Shown: piece after piece, positions 1-11,790 of the stretch
Numbering within the stretch: the stretch's first letter is position 1
Layout of the letters: each line of letters opens with the position of its first letter
From: Octopus bimaculoides
Taxonomy: Eukaryota
Assembly (NCBI RefSeq): GCF_001194135.2
Contig: NC_068997.1
Span: forward strand, 43,388,151 to 43,452,097
DNA: 63,947 bases
Direction: 5' to 3'
Translations under genes and position numbers: made by a program
The notes under the pieces: generated by a model
The model's database searches: none
What the model was told of the DNA's origin: nothing
The model's input: only the letters and a program-made list of their open reading frames with translations

Positions 1-248
1 AAACCCAGCAAAACAAAACTCTGTTGGTGGGAAACTCTTAAGGTCACCACCATCCTCCTCCCCATTTCTTTTTCAGAAAAAATGTGTCTTGCGGTGGGTT
101 TGGAGATGAGATATGTTGAAATGCACTTGAAAAAACCAGTGGAAAAATTTATTTCACAGCGAAGTATGAACAGGTCCTTTACAAAATAATCACCCAAGAT
201 CAGAACAGACATGCAAATAGAAGGATCAATGAGACCAATAAAGCCAGG

Positions 249-383
249 GCTGAGTGTCTGGTAGAACAGAGGGAAAGAGGCAGAAACAGGAGAGATTAGG
301 AATTGGATGCTCAGAGAGCTGAGTGTCTGGTGAAACAGAGGGAAAGGGACAAAAGCAGGAGACATTCATGAATTGGATGCTCA
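249..383. repeat. Two-copy tandem duplication, period 69 bp
   Basis: GCTGAGTGTCTGGT...AATTGGATGCTCA starting at 249 and at 318. Confidence 0.9.
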
Positions 384-424
384 TGTAAATACAAATGGAC
401 TTAAACAAGTTTTGCGTAAATTGA

Positions 425-615
425 ACTACGGGTTACCGAGGTACTCAGTTTTTTCAGGTACCTTTATAAATACTTTGAAAGTAAGGTACCATTAAAATGT
501 GAACACAAACGGAATAACACCAGTTTCGTGTAAATCAGACCATGGATTCTTGAGATACACGATTTTTGGGGGTACCTTGAACTTTTGCTGACCCAATGGG
601 TCACGGGTAGTCTAG
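425..615 (+). mobile_element. Helitron-like 3' terminus
   Basis: Hairpin TGACCC-AAT-GGGTCA (589-603), 8-nt spacer, CTAG (612-615), then T. The 5' boundary is uncertain. Confidence 0.5.
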
Positions 616-1153
616 TTTCCTTTAAATTTCATCCTGCCACCTAAAATAATGAAGACATACTAGATAATGTGGTTCTAGACATCCCCTAAAAATCTAAAAA
701 AGACAGGATGGTCTTTTATCATAGGTCTGCTGAATCAAGTTTGACCTTGGGCTAAATGATAATCACATTCTTCTCATTTACCTTCATCTATATCACCTGA
801 AAATATAGAAGTTGCATGACAATTTCAATGGTGAAAAGATGACCAAATATATAAACTTATCCAGAACACTGGATTATTTTAAAAGGACTTTCAGAAACAA
901 TAAGCTCAGTCTGTAGCTAGGCATCAATCAGTTGGTTGTACTTCCAGTCATGGTCTTTTTGTCTTTTTATTTTTCCTTCTCTTTTTTTTTTTTTTTTACC
1001 TCTCTCATAGTTCACTTTTTATCAGTTTATGGCAATAGGCATTTCTTCCTATTGCCATTCAGAGCCCAAACCTCCAGCAAATAAACTCTCTCTCCTAGAT
1101 GTAGGTAAATGGATCGATAAGTGGATACATACATACATCTCATTTATAAATAT

Positions 1154-1194
<41 letters not shown>

Positions 1195-2019
1195 AACTCT
1201 CCCATCAAAGATGATGAGTGTTCATGCACAAATGACTGGGTTATAGTGATCAACTGTATGTGCTGTACATTAGCTCACTCCCTCCATTAGATCACCATTG
1301 CCTGAACATGCGCATAGTGTACCATATGTCAGGTGTTGAAGTGATAATGTTAGATGAAGTATTTTGCTCAAGAATACAACACACCACTTGGTCTAGGAAT
1401 TGAAGCTACGATCTCATGATTGCGAGTACAACACCCTAACCACTAGGCTATGCATCCTCACTATATATATATATATATATACATACATACATGCACAAAG
1501 AGAGAGGTGGGGTGAATTTACCTAGTAGTTTGATTATATGGACATACAGCCCACTTCCTTCTGTATACTAATGACCTATTTGTTGTTACTACTAACAATG
1601 ACACACTCCATTCCAACATCAATAATACCTTCCATGATTCCCCATTAATCCTCTGCAAACAGGTGTCAGTCATATGCTATTTTGACAACTCACACCTGGA
1701 AAATACTGTTTTCGATGAATACAGACCTAGAAAACCTCTTGCTATGACAACATAGCAGTCTTAGTTACGCTTACACTGTACATTTAACACTATCACTACA
1801 CACATCAAGAAGACTGTCTTGTACCACAATCTCACTAAACATTGCCAATAGACAATTTAACCCGTTTGTTACCATATTTCTATAGACATACACTGTTTTT
1901 GTTTCAAATAGTTTTTAAATTAATGAAGGACTTGGGGAAAATATTATTAATCCTCTCGGGTCATGGCCTCTCTGTCTAACATTTCCTTCCAGCTGGGCGA
2001 AAAAATAAATAGTTGCATA

Positions 2020-2612
2020 CACAGCTCAAGACCTGGGATGAGATGGTGAAGCACAATTTTCAAACGTCAGGCCTCATAGAGGCAATGACAAGTAACCAAG
2101 ACCTTTGGAGATATGCTGTGCTTGAGAAGAGCCAGCAAGCCAAGTGAGATCATAGTGCCACATAACTGGCCCATTTAAGAGTACCCTTCAATCGTCGGGC
2201 AATATGCTGTGCTTGAGAAGATCTGTCAAGTCAAGTAAAATTGTTGCCATGGTCGATGCCAGTACCACCTGACTGGCACCCGTGCTGGTGGCATGTAAAA
2301 AGTACCATACGAGTGTGGTCGATGCCATTGCTGCCTGACTGGCCCCCGTGCTGGTGACACATAAAAAGTACCCACTACACTCTTGGAGTAGTTGGTGTTA
2401 GGAAGGGTATCCAGCTATAGAAACCTTGCCGGATCAGATTGGAGNNNNNNNNNNACTCTTGGAGTAGTTGGTGTTAGGAAGGGTATCCAGCTATAGAAAC
2501 CTTGCCGGATCAGATTGGAGCCTGGTGCCGCCTCCTGGCTTGTCAGTCCTCGGTCAAACCGTCCAACTCCTGCCAGCATGGAAAGCAGATGTTAAACGAT
2601 GATGATGATGAT
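2020..2612 (+). mobile_element. RTE LINE 3' end (ORF tail and 3' UTR)
   Basis: TWDEMVKH-like coding remnant, UTR with AGGAAGGGTATCCAGC, tail GCATGGAAAGCAGATGTTAAAC plus (GAT)n. Confidence 0.8.
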
Positions 2613-4238
2613 GATATACACACATATAGGCAAAATCATTAGAACATTAGACAAAACACTTTGTAGTATTTGTTTTATCTCTTTACATGCTGAGTTCAGT
2701 TCCTCTTGCAATCAACTTAATCTTTCTGAGAGTGATAAAATACTTGTCAAGTGCTGGGGTACAACCATCTCCTTTTCCAGTTGTTGCGTTTTAGTTTTTT
2801 CCAATAGGTCGAGGGTGGGAGTGTCGAGCAGGTGTGTGTACATGAACACTTGAAAAGCATTGAGCAAAAAAGTATAATACATGCTGATGTCAGATTATAT
2901 TCAATTACGCATGGCAGCCACATTATGTGTGTGTGTGTGTGTGTGTGATAAGTTGACGTTTTTATAAAGTATTTAAATTCACATAGAGTATATGTTAGTC
3001 TGTTTATCTCCTATAGAAACATGATAATTTGACTCAGTGGTTTATATGATTCACTCATCCATTATAGCACATAGATATATATGCAAATGTGATAAGTGAT
3101 TTTTTTCACTTTCCATGTTTAGACAATCCACTGAGAGAACTACCATATGGCTGCATGACCTGTTAGAAATATCAGCTAAATGTGTCTCAAACCATAGTCA
3201 GCCATTTTAAAAAAAATAAAAATGACTGTTTGAAATAAAAAGAAATACTGGATGACCCACAATATGAACATATTTGATAACAGAACTGTTCATTCAACAC
3301 TGGCTTGAGGTTAAACTACCATAATGATAGATTTTGGAGGTTGTGACACACGATGATGTCCCAATGATCATTAGAGTGTGCTTGAAACAGCTTCAATACA
3401 CACACACACACACACACTCATTCTGTCTTCCAGGTTTCAAATAAATTTCAACAGTTCTATTGTTAGAACAGTTTTCATTAAGAACCAGCCTAAAATTTTA
3501 CAGTTCACACATATTCAGAGATTAGATGGTGCCAACAGCTGCTGGGTTTATGTATAATTTATACAAGAAATACGGTGCTAATGGTTATGGTGACATTCAT
3601 GATGATGGTGGTAGTAGTAGCAGCAGCAGTAGTAGTAGTAGTGGTGGTGGTGGTGGTGAGGGTGATTGAAACAGTAAATTTAAAGCTAAATTACAACAAA
3701 CACGTTAACATTGAGGGAATAATAATATTGATTTCTTTGATCTTGGCATAAAGCCATTTTATTTTTATTCATTTATATTTATCGAATTGAACTCCGTCTC
3801 CTGTGGCACATTGCTAGCTGTTAACTTATCGATTGGGGATGAGAGATGAAAGCCAGATTCTACCCTGGCAGTTTTTGAACTCGGAACGTTCCGAAGAATA
3901 AAACTAAACATTAATCTCGTTTTGTCTACTACTTCAAGCCAATTCCACTGCTCTGTCTCAAGTATTACATACATTTGTAGTGGCACAGTAGTAGGACAGA
4001 CGCCAATATTTATAGGAAAAAGTAGTACAGACAGCTGTATTGACTGGCTCTCCATAGATAGGTGCAGGTGTGGCTGTGTGGTTAGAAGCTTGATTCCCAA
4101 CCAGATGTGTCAGGTTCAGTCCCACTACATGACACCTTGGGCAGGTGTTTTCTATAGTTCTGAGCCATCCAAAGCCTTGTGAGTAGGCTTGGTAGATGGA
4201 AACTGAAGGAAGCTCATCATGTGGTCATGATATATATA

Positions 4239-4642
4239 CTCTTTTACTTGTTTCAGTTATTTGACTGCGGCCATGCTGGAGCACCGCCTTTGGTCGAGCA
4301 AATTGACCCCAGGACTTATTCTTTGGAAGCCTAGTACTTATTCTATCGGTCTCTTTTGCTGAACCGCTAAGTCACGGGGACGTAAACACACCAGCATCGG
4401 TTATCAAGCGATGCTGGGGGGACAAACACAGACACACAAACACAGACACACAAACACATACACGCACATACATATATACATATATACGACGGGCTTCTTT
4501 CAGTTTCCGTCTACCAAATCCACTCACAAGGCTTTGGTCAGCCCGAGGCTATAGTAGAAGACACTTGCCCATGGTGCCACGCAGTGGGAATGAACCCGGA
4601 ACCATGTGGTTGGTAAGCAAGCTACTTACCACACAGCCACTC
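4239..4642 (-). mobile_element. SINE family A, full copy
   Basis: Reverse-complement match to 48822-49207. Confidence 0.85.
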
Positions 4643-4918
4643 ATATATATATATATATATATGTGTGTGTGTTTATTACTGTTTCCTTATCTTGGCATGA
4701 CATGATAGTTGTTAACGAGTGTCTCCATCATTCAAACAGTGTGATTCATTTCCAATCTTCTGTGAAAACATGTCTGATCTTAGGAAAATACTACCTTACC
4801 TGGAAACAAGTGGGTGGGGTTAGAGGAGGGACATCTGGCTGCAGGAAACCCACCTCAAGTTCAACCTGACACATGCAAGCATGGAAAAGTGGATGTTAAA
4901 GGGATGATGATAATGATA

Positions 4919-4963
<45 letters not shown>

Positions 4964-5073
4964 ACAGAACCTTTACATGGTTGCTCAACCAGCTTGAGAT
5001 ATTAGCCAAATGGTCATGTTTAAGATACTTTGATCTTAAGCTAACCTTGGGATTAAACAATTTGCCATTTTTT

Positions 5074-5460
5074 ATCATCGTTTAACGTCCGCTTTCCATG
5101 CTAGCATGGGTTGGACGATTTGACTGAGGACTGGTGAAACCTGATGGCTGCACCAGGCTTCAATCTGATTTGGCAGAGTTTCTACTGCTAGATGCCTTCC
5201 TGACGCCAACCACTCCGAGAGTGTTGTGGGTGCTTTTATGTGTCACCGGCACGAAGGCCAGTCAGGCGGTACTAGCAGCGGCCACGCTCAAAATGGTGTA
5301 TTTTACGTGCCACCCGCACAAGAGCCAGTCCAGGGGCACTGGCAATGATCTCGCTCGAAAGTCCTTACACATGCTGCGGCCACAAGTGCTAGAAAGGCGA
5401 CGCTGGGCACAGGTGCCATCACGATTTCGCTTGCCCAACAGGTCTTCGCAAGCTGAGTTT
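5074..5460 (-). mobile_element. RTE 3' UTR-derived repeat
   Basis: (CAT)n-CGTTTAACGTCCGCTTTCCATGCTAGCATGGGTTGGACG, shared with 14941, 55402 and (inverted) 56125-56510. Confidence 0.8.
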
Positions 5461-5879
5461 CGTGTCCACGGGGATGAGTGAACAGAAGCTGGGAGAGCTG
5501 GTCCCTAACTAGTCTGAAAGTACAGGATTGAATCAGCCTCTAAAGGATCTGAAGCTGGAGCTTATACAAATGAAAATCTATATACTGTAAGACTGTACCT
5601 GGTTTGTTTTATATCACAGACTACCACCACTGCTAATAACTGTTCTCTGCCATAGGACTAGAGTTGGCAGGGTAAAGTGGTCTATCTTTTTGCTGTACAT
5701 GTTTCAGTCATTGAACTGCAGCCTTGCTAGGGCACCACCTTAAAGGGTTTAGTCGAGCAAATCAGTTTTTAAGTTTGGTACCTATTCTATCAATGTCTTT
5801 TGCGAAACTGCTAAATTATAGGGGCGGGGCACAAACAAACCAACAATGCTTATCAAGTGGTGGAAGAAGATAAACAGAG

Positions 5880-5880
5880 A

Positions 5881-5953
<73 letters not shown>
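5880..5953. repeat. (CA)n(CG)n(CA)n alternating purine-pyrimidine tract
   Basis: Read directly from the sequence. Confidence 0.95.
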
Positions 5954-5956
<3 letters not shown>

Positions 5957-7374
5957 GGATTTCCACATATGTCCATATATCAAATTTCACTCAGAAGACA
6001 CTAGTCAGCCCAGGGCTTTAGAAGATGCTTGCCCTATAGTGGGACTGAACTCAAAACCACATTGCTGCAGAGCAAGCCTCTTAACCATACAACCATGCCT
6101 TATCATTGAAAACCAGGTTTATTACTAGGAAGATTGCCATCTATGTAATTTTTAACATCAGCTCTTTAGTAACACTGGCCCAGCAGTAATCCTATGACAG
6201 CCACAACAGCTACAGAATATGTTTTGGAATATGTTATTTTACAGATTTCGATCTTAGATGACAACCCTCCTCCCTTCTCCCACTCTTAGAATATGACAAT
6301 TTCCAGTTGACATTTTTTTGTCATATCATTGTATGTTTACACATAAACATGTATTTTAAAACTAAATTCTTTAAAATTTTAAATTACATGTATGTGTAAT
6401 TGGTATTTGTTGTTTTAGCTCTGAGTTTGCTCTGAATGAGAGGACTTGTGGTTTCAAAAGAGTTCCATTTGTGACCATCCTCCTTTTTTTTAAATATCTA
6501 GGCCAAGACTACATTATTCATTGTTACCATATCTCTTTTTAAAAAACAGTTGTGTGTGAATTGAGGGAGATTTAGTTGCTACTTCTACCAGAACTCACAA
6601 CCACATTGCCTCAGTTGTGTGTGTGTGTGTAATAAGTAGAATTACAAAGTCATACAGAAAGGTTGTGTACAGCTAGTCACTACTGAAACGATTCTATCTG
6701 ATTGTACTTTTACCAATCACAGATGAGTGCAGTCAGCTTGGTATCTATGTCCATAGATGTGTTGTAAACAGGCATTGTGTGTGTGTGCAGAAATTAATAC
6801 ACACACACACATTGTCAGTGAGTAGCTGTAGACTAGTTAGTGTAATTACTGATGAAAGTGGTAGTGGGAAGTTGGAGGATGTCTTTTACATATGACACTT
6901 GTAATACTTGTCTCGTCATTAGCTTCCTTAGCTTGGCTGTACTGCACTATGTGTATGTCTGTGTCTTTGAACATGTTTGCATGTGTGTGTGTGTGTGTGT
7001 GTCAGTAGAGGTGAAATAAGGTATAAAATAATGCGGAAAAAGTAGAAAATGTCTAGCTGACTGAAAAATATGTGCATTATACATCTGTTATTATTAAACA
7101 GCAGCAGAATATAGCAGTTACTGGTTGTGGTTATTTTCACCAATATGGTGGTGGTGGTGGTGGTGGTGGTGATGGTGGGTCACCAATGAAAATTTGACTG
7201 ATTCCAGTCGTATTTGTGTGTGTGTTTATGTGAAGTTGTTGGTTAGTTGGGTGGACGTTGTGGAAAAAGTGTGAACAGTTGAAAAATGTAGAAAAGGTTT
7301 TAGTGGTGGGGAGGTCATGAAGATGTTCACAGAGTAATTCTTAATAGAATTGAACCTTGTGTTAAGACTGAATC

Positions 7375-7575
7375 CTTTCTAGGCACAAGGCCTGAAATTT
7401 TGGAGGAGGTGGGGTTAAGTCGATTACATCAACCCCAGTACTCAACTGGTACTTAATTTATTGACCTCAAAATGATGAAAGGCAAAGTCAACCTTGGCAG
7501 AATTTGAACTCAGAATGCAAAGATGGACAAAATGCCTGAAAGCATTTTGCCTGGTGTGCTAAAGATTCTACCAGT
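7375..7575 (-). mobile_element. SINE family B
   Basis: Reverse-complement match to family B. Confidence 0.75.
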
Positions 7576-7583
7576 TCACTGTC

Positions 7584-7584
<1 letters not shown>

Positions 7585-7620
<36 letters not shown>

Positions 7621-7782
7621 TAATCATCATCATCATCATCATCATCATCACCATCACCATCACCACCACCATCATCACCATCATCACCACCATCTCCATC
7701 ACCACCATCTCCATCACCACCATCTCCATCAACATCATCATCATCATCACCATCATCACCACCACCACCACCATCATCGTCA
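7585..7782. repeat. Compound (AAT)n-(CAT/CAC)n microsatellite
   Basis: Read directly from the sequence. Confidence 0.95.
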
Positions 7783-7789
7783 TGTTCTC

Positions 7790-8350
7790 ACTGCACTGAT
7801 GCTGTACCAGGCACAGACTCTCATGACTTCTGATCTTAACTGATTGGAAGTGTTATCATGTACATTGTTTTCTCTTGGTATAAAAGATGGGCTACAGCAA
7901 ATATTCTGCTCAATACCATAGATTTGTTTGTCAGTTGCTTGATCTTAACCAGTTGAGCATGTCCCTTGGTGGCTGATGATATGTGCATCCCTGATCATGG
8001 GCAGAAGTAGTGGGGGAACATCATAGCCATGCGTTGTGAGGAATTCTTTGGGGTTTGAATAATTCACCTCTGGAAACATGGGTGTTTCATTCATCATCCT
8101 TAAAACAAACCTTATTCAGGGACCTTTTGAGCAGAACGGGCTACTCGACTTGAAGAAAATTCTAACTGAGCCCCACCTGCAAGGTCATGTGCTGTTTATC
8201 TTGGTATGAGATCACCATGTCATGCACATATGGTTGTGGTTCATGTGCCTGGTGTACCCTTGTCAGAAGAGTAGTCATGATGGGTATATTGCGCTTCGTA
8301 TATTTGTATCCCTGTGTCACTTTGATGGCATGCATTGCTCTCACTCACAC
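7790..8350 (-). repeat. Unclassified interspersed repeat of about 540 bp (family D)
   Basis: Collinear reverse complement of 41818-42355 and 21600-22150. Confidence 0.85.
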
Positions 8351-8364
8351 AATAGTAATAATAG

Positions 8365-9057
8365 TAATAATTTTTTCAGCTCTAGGCACAAGGCCAATAG
8401 TTTTGAAGTGAAAGGATGTCAATTATATCAACCCCAGTACTTGACTGGTACATATTTTATTGACCCTAAAAGCGTGAAAGGCAAAGTTGACCTTGGCAGG
8501 ATTTGAACTCAGAGCATAAAGAGCCTGAAGAAATTCCACTTAACATTTTGTCCAACATGTTAGCAGTTGTGGTAGCTCACTGCCTCAATAGTAATAATTT
8601 CAAAAATAGACACAGGGTTTCCAGTTTAAATGAGAGAATGCAGTGAATTAACTTAACCTCCAGTACACAGTTATGTTATTTGTTAAAACCTCTTTATCTT
8701 CTCTCTGGAAAGGTGAAAGTTAAATTTGGTCTTAATAAAATTTGAACTGGGATGTAGGGACACAAGTAAAAAACTATAAAGGATTTTGTCTGATGTTGTA
8801 CCAATTCTGCCACCACCACCACCACAACAACAGCAATAATAATACTTTCAAATTCTGGCTCAAGGCCAGCGAGTTCAGGGGAAGTAGGTAAGTTGATCAT
8901 ATCAACCCTCAGTACTCAACTAGTATTTATTTTATCGACCCTGAAAGGATGAAAGGCAAAGTCAACCTTGACGGAATTTGAACTTGGAATGTAAAGACAG
9001 ACAAAATAACTCTAAACATTTTTCCCAACATGCTAACAATTCTGCCAGCCTGCCACC

Positions 9058-9139
<82 letters not shown>

Positions 9140-9140
9140 T
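8365..9140 (-). mobile_element. Two SINE family B copies with (AAT)n tracts
   Basis: Copies at about 8365-8600 and 8845-9060, followed by a long (AAT)n. Confidence 0.75.
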
Positions 9141-9430
9141 AATAATAAATAATGTAAGAGGAAAAAATCTAAATAATACTTTACTGTTATTAAATGGCCT
9201 AGATATTTGAAAGAATAACACTATTGTGCTGGTGATGGAACAGGGTGTATGATATAATAATTATACAGACTGCACCTATAGTGAGATGAAAAGTTTATAA
9301 CTGAAGTGGTATAGTAAGTTGGGATGTCATTAATGAGGAGTGGAGGCCACAAGACCGTTGGATCTGCAATACTAAACTTCCCCCTCTCCTAATATGAAAA
9401 ACACATCCAAAACGTTTGAAAAATATAAGC

Positions 9431-9540
9431 ATAATCTGTCTTAGGTGGGCACTGCTATATAATCTGTCCTTGGCAGGCACTGTGATAGATATAATCTGTC
9501 CCACATGGTCATTGTTATAGATATAGTCTGTCCTAGTGAA
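9431..9540. repeat. Degenerate minisatellite of 28-32 bp
   Basis: Four units beginning ATAATCTGTC or ATAGTCTGTC. Confidence 0.8.
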
Positions 9541-11280
9541 TATTTTATATAGTAAGACAATTTTACAAAAGCACCCTATGTATCTGTCTCCCTCACAATT
9601 ATTTAATCACCTTAATTGTGTTTTTGCCCATCAATGATGGTCTGTCTGATGTTAACGTTGTTATATGCAGTTTGTATTATGTGGAGACTTACATCTTTAT
9701 AGGCACTGTTGTATTGTCTATCCTATGTGGACATAATTTCTCCTTTAGTCAGATACTGTTGTTTACAGTCTGTCTTACACAGATACATTTATAAAATGTC
9801 CCATGCACTTCTCTCCCTCTCAAATATTTAATCACCTTCCTCCTATTTTCGTTTGTCAATGACGAATCATTGATATGTAAAAACATCTGGCTTTTTTTTT
9901 TTTTTTGCTCCTTTTGCCCTTGTCATCATCTCTCTTTTTCTTTGTCATCATTTACCTACTTCTTCACCATTATTTATCTTCTTAGCTGCCATTCATTTTC
10001 ATTATCGTCTGTTTTCCTCTTTTGTCACCTAAAATAATGTAGTCTCTGAAAATACAAAAATACAGGTTAGTCAATACTAGTACACCTTTGATTACATGTC
10101 TGCTCAATCAGTGTCATCTTTGGACTAGACTGCAACAACATTTATATTTAGAGATCTGACTTACTATTTTTTACTTCTCTTTTGTATTACTCACCCTTAT
10201 TTCAAGAAACCGTTTGCCTGTCAGGTCTTACTCCAGTTCCATTACCACTTTACTTATTACCATTTTCCCAAATAATTCACAAAAATCAATAAAATAAATA
10301 AGAAAAAAAATAACATTTAGTTCTGGAATGCCATTTCAAGAGTTATTTACAAAAATAAACAACTATTCAGTAGTTATGGAATGTGGGATTATTATTATCG
10401 TCATTATTATTATTAATAATAATAATAACATAGCACTGGTTCTGGTTCTGGTATAATTCCCTATGGGTTAATTATTACTGAAACACTACTGCTTCTATAA
10501 TTTCTTCAAATTATATTGAAAATACAAACAAAATCTCTCTCTCTCTCTCTCTCATTAACACAGGAATTTTTGCTAAGTTTTGTAACTTCTGATGCTTGTT
10601 TATGATGATGATGATGATGGGGTAGTGGTGGCGGCAAAATTGAAGTGATTGTAGATACAGCAATCTCTTGTGTTGTAGAAAGGTTGTATTCCTAAAAGCT
10701 TTGCTGTAATGAGGGAATTCTATAAAGCAACATCTATTTCCCTATTGATTTCCATGCAATAAATCGTGATGCATTCCTGTGTAAATTCTTGGAATAAATA
10801 AACAAAAAAACAAAAAACAAAAACCAATGCCAGTACTTGTATAACCATAACTAAAATATCTGAAACACGAGGAATCCTTGTGTATTGAGGATGATGACGA
10901 TGATGATGATGGCAATAGTGATGGTAGTGATGATGATGACAATAATGGTTAATGACAGTGATTCTACTTCCTCAACTGTTGTATCTATAATGTTATTCTT
11001 TTGTAAGTTTTTATCATTTAGTTGGCAGAGAAGGGCTCTACCCATCACTTTTTGCAGAACATTTGTGCTGCACTTGGGAGCAGTTTGTTTTGCATCCCCT
11101 TTTTTTTTTTTCCATGCTAGCATCGGTTGAACAAATACATATTATCGAGACATTATTTTATAGTCAAATGCCTCCTCCACCTNNNNNNNNNNNNNNNNNN
11201 NNNNNNNNNNNNNNNNNNNNNNNNNNNNNNNNNNNNNNAATTGAAATCTACAGAAAAACAAAAGATGAAAACAGGTGTAT

Positions 11281-11327
<47 letters not shown>

Positions 11328-11486
11328 CACTAGTTTCATAAATGGCAATGCACAAAACTCTTGGCTTTTGAGTCACACTGTTGCTTCTGCTAAATATTAA
11401 TAAAAATATATATGTATATATATACATATATACACATATATTGAGTTCTATTTTTCCCGTTTGCATCACCATACCTATACATATAC

Positions 11487-11790
11487 TCTTTTACTTGTTT
11501 CAGTCATTTGACTGCGGCCATGCTGGAGCATCGCCTTTAGTCGAGAGAATCGACCCCAGGACTTATTCTTTGTAAGCCTAGTACTTATTCTATCGGTCTC
11601 TTTTTGCCAAACCGCTAAGTTACAGGGACGTAAACACACCAGCATTGGTTGTTAAGCAATGGTAGGGGGACAAACACAGACACACACACACACATATATA
11701 TATATACATATACACGACGGGCTTCTTTCAGTTTCCGTCTACCAAAGCCTTGTGAGTGGATTTGGTAGACGGAAACTGAAAGAAGCCCGT
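11487..11790 (-). mobile_element. SINE family A, 3' part ending in a fold-back
   Basis: Homology to family A; perfect 30-bp inverted repeat at 11717-11790. Confidence 0.8.

Noticed and set aside
2387-2520. Direct duplication across a 10-N gap (same pattern at 17957-18120)
   Set aside because: Identical sequence on both sides of a minimal gap indicates unmerged contig overlap.
7523-7843. Poly-Asn/poly-His ORF
   Set aside because: Translation of an (AAT)n-(CAT/CAC)n microsatellite fused to SINE and family D sequence.
7970-8010. CTGATGA as a possible hammerhead core in family D
   Set aside because: No matching GAAA or flanking stems were found by eye.
10985-11010. ATGTTATTCTTTTGTAAGT resembling the end of the missing TSPAN exon (…MLFF|gt)
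   Set aside because: There is no HHQV upstream, an extra T gives the wrong phase for the TAC-ATG acceptor exon, and the upstream sequence is (GAT)n-derived. The true upstream exons are probably outside the window or in the 11791-12757 gap.
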